The notes under the pieces: generated by a model | Told to the model about the DNA's origin: nothing | The model's input: only the letters and a program-made list of their open reading frames with translations | Databases searched by the model: none | IMG/VR virus record: IMGVR_UViG_3300017814_000184 | DNA: 64,000 nucleotides | DNA from: a virus | Direction: 5' to 3' (one strand) | Position numbers and translations under genes: made by a program | Shown here: positions 9,438 through 18,858 of the stretch, piece after piece | Layout of the letters: the number at the start of each line of letters is the position of its first letter | Position numbering within the stretch: the stretch's first letter is position 1

Positions 9438-10039
9438 TATCCCTCACCTCCCACAGTAGGCGTGAACACAGGCTCGTAAACCTGCGAATACCAGCCGGAG
9501 ATAACTGTTGCCGGAACATCCGCATCGCCCTCGGTCGCTTCCGCTTTCCACGGATGCTTACCGTTGAGGTCGAGCTTGTTTCGCCGCAGCACAGTCCCCT
9601 CGATGGTAGGCGTAGAAAAAGTGATGGAGTCGCCCTTCGTGGCGAGATTGGTGGCGGGAACGCCGAATTTGACGCGGTACAGCCAAAAGTAACGGTATTT
9701 GCCGTTGGACTTCTTGGCTCTAAAGCCGATAGCGACAGGATCGCCGCCGTCCTCTGAAGCCGCGATGACAACGCCGTTGTCGTCGATTTTCGCCCCGGTC
9801 AGGTCTTCGGCTGTGGTCTTGCCTATATCGTCAATACCCAGGGAGAGCGTTCCGCTTTTAAATTCCTTGACGACCTCGGAAGGGCCGTCGTCTGCGTAAA
9901 GGGTCGCTTCGGCAAGTTCGACCGAGAGGTCGGCTTGCATCGCCTTTGCAAGCTGCACGGGAGCGGCGTAGGTTTCGTCGCCGTTGGCCGCCTCCGTGAT
10001 TTTCGAGTAATATAGTCTGTCAAGACCGATAGTAGCCAT
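9437..10039 (-). CDS. Major tail (tube) protein, phi13 family
   Basis: MATIGLDRLYYSKIT..LYADD..YFWLYRVKF..TKGDSITFSTPTIEG pattern. Confidence 0.9.
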   Translation of the reverse strand: MATIGLDRLYYSKITEAANGDETYAAPVQLAKAMQADLSVELAEATLYADDGPSEVVKEFKSGTLSLGIDDIGKTTAEDLTGAKIDDNGVVIAASEDGGDPVAIGFRAKKSNGKYRYFWLYRVKFGVPATNLATKGDSITFSTPTIEGTVLRRNKLDLNGKHPWKAEATEGDADVPATVISGWYSQVYEPVFTPTVGGEG

Positions 10040-10042
10040 AAT

Positions 10043-11053
10043 TCATTCCTCCGTGTTATAAACTTGCGCCACGTCAATGGCGCTGTGGTGATACCCCGTG
10101 TCGTCCTCGTGAGTGATGTACCGCCTGTCGGTAATTGTGATTTCCGAGGCGAGCAGGGCTTCAACGATGCGATTTCGCGTCCGCAGATAGTTGCCTTTGT
10201 CAAAAAGCGAGATTCGAATTTCCTGCACCTCATGCAGTGGATGATTGTCCGCGAACAGCTCAAAGCTGTCGGTGAGTGGCGTCAGTACGGCGTAGCAAGC
10301 GGGAGGAGTTCCCGAAAACACGCCCGTTTCGACTGGAATTGACAGCTCGACCAGAATGGTTTTCAGCGTGGTAAGCAAAAATCTGTCATCGCCTTCGACC
10401 CTCGTGTAGAGAGCATGGACGGTCGTGTCCTGCGTAATATAACCAGTCGGCTCGCTCCACCCGTCAAAGGAGTATCCTTCGCGCACGGGGTTGGAGGGCG
10501 GCGTGACCGAACCGCCGTATTCGACCGTTTCCGACTTCAAGACCGTCCCGTCCCAGTCGAGGTACTGAACATCGTAAAGAGCGACGCCTTCCTCGGCGGT
10601 TATTTCCACCTCGCCAAGCCCGACAAAGGTGTTGCCGGACATATAACCGCTCTCACATACGATCCATAGCGTGTCGGTCACGACGGGTTCGCTGAACTCT
10701 ATATCAAGCGTTGAAAAAGATTCTTCGGCAAATTGTCCCTGACCAATACGACGCCCCATATCCGCATCGGCGTAAACCGACGCAATTTTTGAGAGGTGGC
10801 TGTAGCTCGAATACTTGTTATAGAGCTTCAGATGCGTTATTCGCAGGGTGACTGGAAACGACCACTTCCACCATGCTGGAATTGCATCCCTCGCCGACTC
10901 CCAAGAGGTATTTGAACCTTCGTGGATACCGTCTGCGGCTTTCCACGGCAAAGCGACTGATGAAGCGTTCTGTGAGCTTGCGGAAATAGCGCCGTAGTCG
11001 GTGTTGGAGCTAACGATGGGCTGTGTCCACGATATCCATCGAAAACTGCTCAT
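10043..11053 (-). CDS. Tail terminator fused to an N-terminal discoidin-like domain and an InlB B-repeat-like (Listeria-Bacteroides) repeat
   Basis: C-terminal about 110 aa (IPVETGVFSG..FADN..EIRISLF..YHHSAID) fits a terminator at the expected locus; YDVQYLDWDG..PVREGYSFDGW repeat; WTQP..WKAADG module. Confidence 0.75.
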   Translation of the reverse strand: MSSFRWISWTQPIVSSNTDYGAISASSQNASSVALPWKAADGIHEGSNTSWESARDAIPAWWKWSFPVTLRITHLKLYNKYSSYSHLSKIASVYADADMGRRIGQGQFAEESFSTLDIEFSEPVVTDTLWIVCESGYMSGNTFVGLGEVEITAEEGVALYDVQYLDWDGTVLKSETVEYGGSVTPPSNPVREGYSFDGWSEPTGYITQDTTVHALYTRVEGDDRFLLTTLKTILVELSIPVETGVFSGTPPACYAVLTPLTDSFELFADNHPLHEVQEIRISLFDKGNYLRTRNRIVEALLASEITITDRRYITHEDDTGYHHSAIDVAQVYNTEE

Positions 11054-11481
11054 ATCCGATCCACCTCCTCCTCAAATACCCGCTTCATAGCGTCGATGCA
11101 CTCGCTCTTTGACGCCGATTTTGCGGGTTTCAGAAAAGGTTTCGGGGCTTGACCATGTTTCCCATATTCCAGAATATTGGCGATTTTGGCGTTACTCTCG
11201 CCGTTTTGTCGCGGCTCGGAAAAGCCGATCTTCACATCATGGTTGCCCTCGCGGTTGACCCTCGGCTGTGATACGCCTAAAGCCCCGGCGAGTTGACCTG
11301 TGGATTTGGACTCGGTTTTGGTATTCGCCCCTATGACCGATTCGAGGTTGCTCCGAACCTTATCGGCGACGACCGCGCCCCCGGCTTCGAGGGCTTTGCC
11401 CGTGATTTCGTCGGTCTTGTCGCCGAGCCGAGACAGCTTCAGAAGGAAGTCCTCCGGCATTTTGATATCGCATTTAGCCAC
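11050..11481 (-). CDS. HK97 gp10-like tail-completion protein
   Basis: ILEYG..PKPFLKPA motif; position in neck module. Confidence 0.85.
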   Translation of the reverse strand: MAKCDIKMPEDFLLKLSRLGDKTDEITGKALEAGGAVVADKVRSNLESVIGANTKTESKSTGQLAGALGVSQPRVNREGNHDVKIGFSEPRQNGESNAKIANILEYGKHGQAPKPFLKPAKSASKSECIDAMKRVFEEEVDRI

Positions 11482-11806
11482 TCGGCTTCACCTCCTTAGC
11501 CAGCACTTCCACATACATCCCACGGCCTTTCACATCTTCCACGGAGGTGATCTCGAAACGGCCGCTCTCGTTCACGACGACCATAGCGGTCGTAACAGTA
11601 ATGCCGGGTATTCTACGGAAGCAGAAAAGGTCGGTGGCTTCCGAGAAAGTGGCTCTGTTAGCCCATCTCTCGCTGCCGTGCCGACCTTCTCGGTACGCTC
11701 TCACGGAGGCGAGGATATAGTCGGTTTCTGTGGAGAAGCCCTCGCCGTCCTTTGTAATTCTTTTCTCTATGAGGTCTATAAATGTGTTCATCTGCCCATA
11801 GCTCAT
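11474..11806 (-). CDS. Head closure protein (SPP1 gp16-like)
   Basis: FEITSVEDVKGRGMYVEVLA C-terminus; position. Confidence 0.82.
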   Translation of the reverse strand: MSYGQMNTFIDLIEKRITKDGEGFSTETDYILASVRAYREGRHGSERWANRATFSEATDLFCFRRIPGITVTTAMVVVNESGRFEITSVEDVKGRGMYVEVLAKEVKPSG

Positions 11807-11808
11807 AA

Positions 11809-12117
11809 TCACACCTTCCAATCTCGGTCAAGCCGGAGCAGCAGGTTTGCCGTGTTCCATACCTGCTGCCCCGCCTGAACGCTGTCGGCGAAAAAGCCGC
11901 CCGTGCTGCCGTCTCTGGATTCGTAGAAATGGGACGAAAGCATTACAACGGCTTGTTCGGTGGTCGGAGGCATAGCGTTTTCCGCATACCATCCGGCCGT
12001 GATGTGCTGATAGCTTTCGGCATAAGAGACGGCGGCGGTGATATACGTTTCGAGCAGAGCATCGTCCACGCTGTGTTCCAGAATGAGGTTCACCTTGACT
12101 TTCTCAAGTAATGTCAT
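11809..12117 (-). CDS. Head-tail connector (HK97 gp6/SPP1 gp15-like)
   Basis: LLEKVKVNL..DDALLETYITAA..HFYESR. Confidence 0.88.
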   Translation of the reverse strand: MTLLEKVKVNLILEHSVDDALLETYITAAVSYAESYQHITAGWYAENAMPPTTEQAVVMLSSHFYESRDGSTGGFFADSVQAGQQVWNTANLLLRLDRDWKV

Positions 12118-12137
12118 ATATCATCGCCGCCTTTCGA

Positions 12138-13322
12138 TTACGCGCCCATCTGAAGGAGCTTGATGCCCTCGTTGAGGATGACCTTGCCGTCCACGCGCTC
12201 GGTGGCGATGAAGCCGACCTGACCGTTTCCGGCGTACAGCTCGTTCAGTCGCTGGACGGTACGACCCATACGGTCGGCAATCCAGTAGTTGGAGAAGTCG
12301 CCGAATGCGATGGGGAAAGCGGAAGCCGCCGCTGCGGGGACATAGGGAGAGGTGTAGATGGGATAGCCGAGCAGACGGTCGGGCTGACCCGCCTGAACGC
12401 TGGGCTGCCACAGGTACGCGCCGTTGTTGTCCTTGAGCTTACGCAGAGAGGAGATGGTAACATCCTTCATGAGGAACACAGCGTTTCTGCGGTACGGAGA
12501 CTTCAGGGAGTAGATGAGGTCAATGATGTTGTCCACGGTGATGGCGGTGGGGCTACCAGCGGTAACGCCCACCTCGCCGCCGTTAGCGGTGAAGATGCCC
12601 GTAGGCTGACCGACGCCGGAGCCGATGCAGAAAGCCTCCTCTTCGGACACGCCGAAGGCGCGGGAGAACTCCTGGGCGATGTAGGACTCAAGGTCGAACA
12701 TGGAGTCCTGGAGCAGTTCGGTGCTGACTTTCACAAGGTCGGTCAGCTTGAAGGCGTCAATCTGCTTCTGTGCGAAGGTGGGATTGCTCTCGGTGTATGC
12801 GCCGTTCTCGGCAGTCCACTGAGCAGTGGAATGGGTTGCGGCGATGGGGATTTTGCGTTCAGCAGAGGTGGTGATGGTCTTTGCGATGGAACGGATGATG
12901 TTGAACTCATCCAGGCCGGTGATGATCTGATGCTCGAATTCCTCAGGCACCAGGAAACCGCCGTCGGCATCGACACTCTCGGTCATAACATTGTGCAGAG
13001 CGGGCTTGCCACGCAGGGCGCGACCGAAGTCCTCTTTGTATTCTGCGGACGCGCGGCCGGTTTTCTTGTCCGCCTGTGCGGTGCCGGGCTTGGCGGTGAT
13101 GGGAGTCGCCGTGGGCTGATTGAGTTCGGCGTCCATAGCGGCCTGGCGGGTCAGACGCTCAATTTCCGCGCCGAGCGCCTGGACGTCCTTTTCCATGCGG
13201 TCATAGGTAGCGGCATCCTCTGCGGAGATAAGGCCGTCCGTGCCGCGGCGGGTTTCGAGGAATTTCTTGGTGGCGTCCCATGCCTGGGCGCGCTTTTCGA
13301 GCAGTTCCTGAATCTTGTTCAT
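12138..13322 (-). CDS. Major capsid protein (HK97 fold)
   Basis: N-terminal coiled delta domain, DGGFLVPEEF, LLGYPIY, RVDGK; strongly biased codon usage. Confidence 0.95.
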   Translation of the reverse strand: MNKIQELLEKRAQAWDATKKFLETRRGTDGLISAEDAATYDRMEKDVQALGAEIERLTRQAAMDAELNQPTATPITAKPGTAQADKKTGRASAEYKEDFGRALRGKPALHNVMTESVDADGGFLVPEEFEHQIITGLDEFNIIRSIAKTITTSAERKIPIAATHSTAQWTAENGAYTESNPTFAQKQIDAFKLTDLVKVSTELLQDSMFDLESYIAQEFSRAFGVSEEEAFCIGSGVGQPTGIFTANGGEVGVTAGSPTAITVDNIIDLIYSLKSPYRRNAVFLMKDVTISSLRKLKDNNGAYLWQPSVQAGQPDRLLGYPIYTSPYVPAAAASAFPIAFGDFSNYWIADRMGRTVQRLNELYAGNGQVGFIATERVDGKVILNEGIKLLQMGA

Positions 13323-13341
13323 AGTAATATCCTCCTAAAAA

Positions 13342-14052
13342 TTAGTGTTGAATGAGAGAAAGCCGCTGTTCCAGCGCATCGGCTGACACAGGCGGCTTTA
13401 CGGACTTGGCGGGTTTTGCTTTAGGGAGCTTGTTCAGCAGAGAGTTGGTAACCGCTCTCCGGCTGAAGATGAAGCTGTTTTCCACAATGGTATCGGGCGG
13501 CTGTTCACCGTCCCTAAAAAGAATGCCGTCTGCAAAGCCAAGCTCCACGGCCTTGTTGGCGTTGAGCCAGGTCTCGGCATCCATCATGTGCGAGATTTTC
13601 GCTCGCGTCTGGCTGGACTTGATTTCGTATGCGTTGATGATGGATTCCTTGACCTCGCCCAGCATGGCGATGGCTTTCTGCATCTCTTCGCTGTCGCCGA
13701 TAGCGACGGTGAGCGGGTTGTGAATCATCATCAGCGCAGTCGGGGCCATCAGCACTTCCGTTCCCGCCATAGCGATGACCGAGGCGGCAGAAGCCGCGAT
13801 GCCGTCGATTTTGACAGTCACGTCACCCTTGTAATCCATGAGCATTGAATAGATCTGACTTGCTGCGATACAGTCGCCGCCGGGCGAATTGATCCAGATG
13901 GTGACGGCGCCGTCCGCAGAGAACAGTTCATCTCTAAACGCAGCCGGGGTGACGTCATCGTCAAACCAGCTCTCCTCCGCAATCGTGCCGTCGAGGTACA
14001 GGGTGCGAACGCCGGATTCTTCGTCCTTCACCCAGTTCCAAAACTTGTTCAC
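13342..14052 (-). CDS. ClpP-like prohead maturation protease
   Basis: INSPGGD, AASAASVIAMAG, MIHNP and ETWLNA motifs. Confidence 0.92.
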   Translation of the reverse strand: MNKFWNWVKDEESGVRTLYLDGTIAEESWFDDDVTPAAFRDELFSADGAVTIWINSPGGDCIAASQIYSMLMDYKGDVTVKIDGIAASAASVIAMAGTEVLMAPTALMMIHNPLTVAIGDSEEMQKAIAMLGEVKESIINAYEIKSSQTRAKISHMMDAETWLNANKAVELGFADGILFRDGEQPPDTIVENSFIFSRRAVTNSLLNKLPKAKPAKSVKPPVSADALEQRLSLIQH

Positions 14053-14360
14053 TTGGTTTCCTCCGTTTCTGTAGATTTCGAGCGTTCCAGTTCAATCACC
14101 GACATAATGGCGTAATTGGCGAGGTCGAGGAGCGTGTCCCTGACCGACTCGTCATGCACCTGTGCCGCCCGGATACACAGGCTTTGCAGCCGATTGACCT
14201 TGTCGGTGATGCGTGTGACCGCGCTGATAACGCCGAGCTTGCGGAAGGTCTCGCCGAAGCTGTCGCCATAATCGGCGTTCTTTCGGCGGTACACATCGTT
14301 AAGCTCGGCGCAGATTTCAGCGTGGCGTTCTGGTTTTGTTTGCTGTACCGTTGTTCTCAC
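14049..14360 (-). CDS. DUF1599 / nucleotide-modification-associated domain-like protein
   Basis: KNADYGDSF..RITDKVNRL..DTLLDLANYAIM; overlaps both portal and protease genes. Confidence 0.75.
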   Translation of the reverse strand: MRTTVQQTKPERHAEICAELNDVYRRKNADYGDSFGETFRKLGVISAVTRITDKVNRLQSLCIRAAQVHDESVRDTLLDLANYAIMSVIELERSKSTETEETK

Positions 14361-15615
14361 CATCCTTTCCTGCGTCCGCTGCGGTATCGGCGAATGCGCC
14401 CGCATCCTCAAGCTTTGTCATCGCGCCGTTGATAAGATATAGGTCGCCGCCAAGCTCGGCGGGGATGCGGTCGAGGTTTTCAAGCTCACGGATGTCGTTT
14501 GCGGACATCCAGCCGTTCTGTCTGGCGGTGGCATAGCCCGTCATGCGGGATGCGTAGTCGCCCCGAAGCAGACCGTCCACATTGAATTTGATAAACTCCT
14601 GCGGCTTCTCGCTTTCTGACAGAAGCACACGGCTCATGGACTGCTCCCATCGGATGCACCAGGGGTCGAGTGTGTATTTCACAAACTCAAGGCTCTGCTG
14701 CTCGATGTTGCTGAAGGACGATTTTTCCAGATCGGCGAGCATATGGGGAGGCACACGGAAAATACGGGCGATCTCGTTTATCTGAAATTTGCGGGTTTCG
14801 AGGAACTGCGCCTGTTCCGGCGAGATGCCGATGGGCTGATACTTCATGCCCTCTTCAAGAACTGCCACACGATGGGCGTTTCCGCTCCCCTGGTAGGCGG
14901 CGTTCCAACTCTCCTTGACGCGCTGCGGGTCTTTAATTGTGCCGGGGTGTTCCAGCACACCGCCCGGAGCCGCGCCGTTGGCGAAGAACTTGGCCCCGTA
15001 CTCCTCTGTGGCAATGGCAAGCCCGATGGCGTTCTTCGCCATAGCAATGGGGCTGTAGCCGACCAGACCGTCGAAGCCGAGTCCGGGAATGTGCAACACA
15101 TCCGTGGGTGCGAGGTAGATTTGGCTCGTCTTGCCGATTGCCGCCGCATCCTCCTGGCTTCGCTGATACAGGTAGTAGAGCTGACCTTTGGAATCGCGGT
15201 CGACTTTCATCTTGTTCGGCATGAGTGGATACAGAGCCACGACCTCGCCGCGCGCGTTACGGATGACCTGCGCGTAGGCGTTACCCCAAAGGAGCAGGTG
15301 ACTCATCAGCGTTTCACGGAACACGAACGAGGTCATTTCTGGGTTCGGCTCGTCATGCAGAAGGCGGTACAGCGGGTGGTCCAGGTCTTTCTCCTTGCCG
15401 CCCGAATCGTTGTACCTGTAAACATGAAGCGGCAGTCCCGCTATTGCCTCCGAAAGGATACGGACGCAAGAGTAGACCGCCGTCATCTGCATAGATGTGT
15501 TTTCGTTTACGGGTTTGCCGGATGTGGTGCTTCCAAAGAAGAAGCTGTATCGGCTGCCGTTCAAGCTGTCACGGGGCTTGTCACGGGAATGGAACATTTC
15601 GGAAAATATGCTCAT
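14317..15615 (-). CDS. Portal protein (HK97 family)
   Basis: LLLWGNAY, VLHIPGLGFDGLVGYSPI, IARIFRVPPH, SNIEQQS. Confidence 0.95.
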   Translation of the reverse strand: MSIFSEMFHSRDKPRDSLNGSRYSFFFGSTTSGKPVNENTSMQMTAVYSCVRILSEAIAGLPLHVYRYNDSGGKEKDLDHPLYRLLHDEPNPEMTSFVFRETLMSHLLLWGNAYAQVIRNARGEVVALYPLMPNKMKVDRDSKGQLYYLYQRSQEDAAAIGKTSQIYLAPTDVLHIPGLGFDGLVGYSPIAMAKNAIGLAIATEEYGAKFFANGAAPGGVLEHPGTIKDPQRVKESWNAAYQGSGNAHRVAVLEEGMKYQPIGISPEQAQFLETRKFQINEIARIFRVPPHMLADLEKSSFSNIEQQSLEFVKYTLDPWCIRWEQSMSRVLLSESEKPQEFIKFNVDGLLRGDYASRMTGYATARQNGWMSANDIRELENLDRIPAELGGDLYLINGAMTKLEDAGAFADTAADAGKDGENNGTANKTRTPR

Positions 15616-15635
15616 AAGCGTTTCCTCCTTCTGCC

Positions 15636-17225
15636 TCATAAAATAAGAAGCCCCCGACCGTCATAAACGGAATCGGTGACTTCGCAGCGAATCGCCCGGT
15701 CAAGGGCCATGATTTCGGCGACAATACCGTCGATTTTTTCCACGGATTTCTCCTTGTCGGGCTTGATGTTTCCTGCGGGGTCAGTTCGCATGACCACATT
15801 CTGCGCCATCCATTTGAGGACGGGGTTGCCGCCGTGGTTCACTTCACCGCCCATCAGCAGTTTGTATAGTTCCTTCGAGGGCGGGGACATATCCTTGAAT
15901 CCCTGCCCGAAGGGAACGACCGTGAAGCCCATGTCCTCAAGATTCTGCACCATCTGTGTGGCGTTCCAGCGGTCAAAGGCGATCTCGCGGATATTGAACT
16001 TTTCACCCAGTTCCTCGATGAACTTTTCAATGAAGCCGTAGTGGACGACATTGCCCTCGGTGGTGTTGATGAAGCCCTCACGCTCCCACACGTCGTAAGG
16101 AACATGATCGCGCCGGACGCGCAGTTCAAGCGTTTCCTCTGGCAGCCAAAAATACGGGAGAACAATATACTTCTCGTCCTCGGAGCGCGGCGGGAACACC
16201 AGCACGAACGCCGTGATATCCGATGTGCTTGAGAGGTCAAGACCTCCGTAGCATTCGCGCCCGTACAGCTCGTCCATATCAATCGGGAGGTTGCCACGCT
16301 CGTAGATGTGATCGGGAATCCAGCACACAGTCGCGGAAGTCCAGATGTCCAGGCGGAGCTGCTTGAAGATGTTTTCCTCCGCAGGGTTGTCGATGGCGTT
16401 TTTATACGCCTCCCGAACACGCTCAATGGTGATGGTTTGCCCAAGCGACGGGTTGGCGCGATACCAGTTTTTTTCGTCCGTCCAATCGTCCTCCTGGGTC
16501 AAACCGTACACGACGGGATAGAAGGAGGGGTCGATTTTCCGTCCCGCAATGAGGTCATTAGACTTGGAATGCAGCTCATAGCAGATGCTGTTTTTGTTCG
16601 TGCCGGCCGTGGTGATGATAAAGAATAGCGGTTGTTCACGGGCGTCGCCGGAACCTTTGGTCAGCACGTCGTACAGCTTGCGGTTTGGCTGGGCGTGAAT
16701 CTCATCAAATACCAGGCCCGACACGTTCAAGCCGTGCTTGGTTCCCGTTTCTGCGGAAAGCACCTGGTAGAAGCCGTTGTTGGAATAGTTGACGATGCGC
16801 TTGTTTGCCGCCGCCACCTTCGACCGCTTGATAAGGGCGGGCGACATGAGAACCATCTGCTTGGCGACGTCGAAAACAATGGACGCCTGGTTACGGTCGC
16901 AAGCCGCGCCGTAGACCTCGGCAGACGGCTCCCGGTCTGCGTAAAGCAGGTAGAGGGCGATGGCGGCCGCAAGTTCGGATTTGCCGTTTTTCTTGGGAAT
17001 TTCCACATATGCCGTTCGGAACTGCCGCTTGCCGTTTTCGCCGACGATGCCGAACACATCACGGATGATCTGTTCCTGCCAGGGCAGAAGGGTGAACTTC
17101 GTACCCGCCCATTTGCCTTTGGTGTGGCAGAGATTTTCGATGAAATTCACAGCGCGGTCGGCCTTGCGTTTATCATAACGGGAGGTTGGCAGTATAAAAG
17201 GCGTAGGATCATATTGATACGGCAT
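15636..17225 (-). CDS. Terminase large subunit
   Basis: Walker A IPKKNGKS, Walker B LVFDEIH, nuclease GGLDLS and KIDG. Confidence 0.95.
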   Translation of the reverse strand: MPYQYDPTPFILPTSRYDKRKADRAVNFIENLCHTKGKWAGTKFTLLPWQEQIIRDVFGIVGENGKRQFRTAYVEIPKKNGKSELAAAIALYLLYADREPSAEVYGAACDRNQASIVFDVAKQMVLMSPALIKRSKVAAANKRIVNYSNNGFYQVLSAETGTKHGLNVSGLVFDEIHAQPNRKLYDVLTKGSGDAREQPLFFIITTAGTNKNSICYELHSKSNDLIAGRKIDPSFYPVVYGLTQEDDWTDEKNWYRANPSLGQTITIERVREAYKNAIDNPAEENIFKQLRLDIWTSATVCWIPDHIYERGNLPIDMDELYGRECYGGLDLSSTSDITAFVLVFPPRSEDEKYIVLPYFWLPEETLELRVRRDHVPYDVWEREGFINTTEGNVVHYGFIEKFIEELGEKFNIREIAFDRWNATQMVQNLEDMGFTVVPFGQGFKDMSPPSKELYKLLMGGEVNHGGNPVLKWMAQNVVMRTDPAGNIKPDKEKSVEKIDGIVAEIMALDRAIRCEVTDSVYDGRGLLIL

Positions 17226-17698
17226 TACTCCTCACCACCAAGTAAACGCTCCATCTCGTCGGCGGGGTCAACAGCACCGTCCCCGGCGATGATGCGACTA
17301 CGGGCCGATGGCGTGAGTCCGAACTGTTCACAGAAACGGAGCATGATTTTCTGATTGGTCTGCGCGATGGAGACCTGCGGGACCTGCTGAAGGTAGCCGT
17401 TTGGCGTCCGCACCATCGCGCCGTGCTGAGTGATAAACTCCTCGGCCTCCTTCCATCGGGCGTATGCCTGGCAGTACCCGGCGAAGGCCGCCATATCCAT
17501 TTCAGTTAAAAGCCCCATCTGTTCGAGGATTTTTCCCATACGCCGCCATTCCTTTTTGGCTTCGTCTTCAAGCCAGGACGGGCATCGCGGAGCTTTACGT
17601 TCGGGCTTCGGCTCGTTTTCGTTAAGCTGTCGGCGGCCGGGGTTGCCCTCAAGTTCTTTCAGAGCCGTGGGCTTTGGTTTCCTTCCTCTCTGTGCCAT
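17225..17698 (-). CDS. Terminase small subunit (P27 family)
   Basis: RGRKPKP..GNPGRR..FGLTPSARSRI. Confidence 0.92.
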   Translation of the reverse strand: MAQRGRKPKPTALKELEGNPGRRQLNENEPKPERKAPRCPSWLEDEAKKEWRRMGKILEQMGLLTEMDMAAFAGYCQAYARWKEAEEFITQHGAMVRTPNGYLQQVPQVSIAQTNQKIMLRFCEQFGLTPSARSRIIAGDGAVDPADEMERLLGGEE

Positions 17699-17731
17699 GC
17701 AAAACACCTCCTCTCATCGGAAAATGGCAAC

Positions 17732-17754
17732 AAAAAAGACCGCCGAAGCAGTCT
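17732..17754 (-). terminator. Intrinsic terminator ending the moron transcript before terS
   Basis: AGACTGCTTCGGCGGTCT hairpin followed by T6 on minus strand. Confidence 0.65.
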
Positions 17755-17810
17755 CGTCAAAATCTATGTGTACGAGATACAGCCCCGAAGGGCTGGTCTC
17801 CTTTGCTGTG

Positions 17811-18038
17811 TTAGCTGTTTTCGCCGTGAAGCAGAATCTCAAGCGCGAGCTGGGCGTCGGGGTCAGAGGGTGTCACATCCCATCCTCTATCGTAGTTGCA
17901 TTCGATTTTGCCGTTCCGCTTGAGCATCAGCTTTGAAATCCTGCCGCCGTCGATGCCGAACTCGCTGCCTTCGTCGAACTGCTTCATCCAGTAATGGAAA
18001 ACGCTGTTGTAAACCTTGAGGCTTCCTTCTTTCCACAT
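17811..18038 (-). CDS. Small conserved phage protein (MWKEG..GRISKL..NYDRGWD)
   Basis: 75 aa; GGAGG RBS; start abuts the stop of the 59 aa gene. Confidence 0.7.
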   Translation of the reverse strand: MWKEGSLKVYNSVFHYWMKQFDEGSEFGIDGGRISKLMLKRNGKIECNYDRGWDVTPSDPDAQLALEILLHGENS

Positions 18039-18217
18039 TATCTTTTGCCTCCCTTCGCTTCGGCAGTCTGCCATCTGCGATCCATCTCGGTCAAGAGGTC
18101 GTGGTTGCGGTTGATAAGCTCTCGCTTATCGGCGAGGCCTGCGGTTCTCATTTTGATACGGTTGGAAATAGCCTCGGTTTCAAGCTCCTTGTAGGTCATG
18201 GTTTTCGGGTTTTTCAT
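18038..18217 (-). CDS. 59 aa helical hypothetical protein
   Basis: MKNPKTMTYKELE..; GGAGG RBS, directly downstream of promoter copy E. Confidence 0.7.
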   Translation of the reverse strand: MKNPKTMTYKELETEAISNRIKMRTAGLADKRELINRNHDLLTEMDRRWQTAEAKGGKR

Positions 18218-18239
18218 GGTGTGTACCTCCTTCGTTTTC

Positions 18240-18313
18240 CCTTTCGGTAGGTACATATTCGCTCTAAAAGCACCTAATATCCAGTCATATTCGCGATATA
18301 AAGCGCACAAATA
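18240..18313 (-). promoter_or_regulatory. Promoter/leader repeat, copy E
   Basis: Aligns over about 75 bp with 20332-20407. Confidence 0.65.
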
Positions 18314-18335
18314 TGAGCTGAAGCAGTTGTTGGTA

Positions 18336-18611
18336 TTACGGCTTTTCGATATACACGTCGTCCCCGCATTCACAGCCAATCATCTGACCGCCGCAGACGG
18401 GACAGCGTTCGCAGTCGCAGCCCCAATGGTGGATGCCACCGACCTTTGCACCGCAGTCACCGCAGCGTTCGTCAGGACCCATGCCGAAGCAGAAGTCGCC
18501 GGGCTCACCGCAGCGGATGCGTTTGTAGACCTTGCCGTTAATATGAACTTTCGGAACGTTGCAGCCCTTCGCCGTGAGCATCTCACGACCGCAGATTTCA
18601 CACTTTGCCAT
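18336..18611 (-). CDS. Cys-rich zinc-finger protein
   Basis: CEIC, CGDC, HHWGCDCERCPVCGG..CEC in 91 aa. Confidence 0.75.
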   Translation of the reverse strand: MAKCEICGREMLTAKGCNVPKVHINGKVYKRIRCGEPGDFCFGMGPDERCGDCGAKVGGIHHWGCDCERCPVCGGQMIGCECGDDVYIEKP

Positions 18612-18858
18612 TTTCGTCCTCCGTCAGTTTCAGATAGCGGTCAACCCCGTACACGAGATTTAGTCCACTTCCGTTGTCCCATGCGACCAGGATATTGGCG
18701 GCATCGTCCACGCCCCGAACCGTGCCTTTCGTGCCAATGGGCGGGGCCTGCTTGTCGTCCATCTCCATGAGTACGATGCGTGTGCCGGCCGGCAGCCGTT
18801 TGCGAAGCCGCTCCACCACATTGCGGCGGGAATAGACAGCGAGGTCATTTATCGTCAT
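18598..18858 (-). CDS. DUF4314-like SH3-fold protein
   Basis: GTRIVLMEMDD..PPIGTKGTV..VDD..WDNGSGLNL. Confidence 0.8.
   Translation of the reverse strand: MTINDLAVYSRRNVVERLRKRLPAGTRIVLMEMDDKQAPPIGTKGTVRGVDDAANILVAWDNGSGLNLVYGVDRYLKLTEDENGKV

Noticed and set aside
12111-13355. 414 aa plus-strand ORF opposite the capsid gene, and similar long antisense ORFs at 6947-8104, 14743-15666, 19314-20369, 24957-25901, 39187-40017, 52364-53443 and 56514-57551
   Set aside because: These mirror real genes codon for codon in GC-rich, codon-biased DNA; they have no RBS or recognisable motifs and are shadow ORFs
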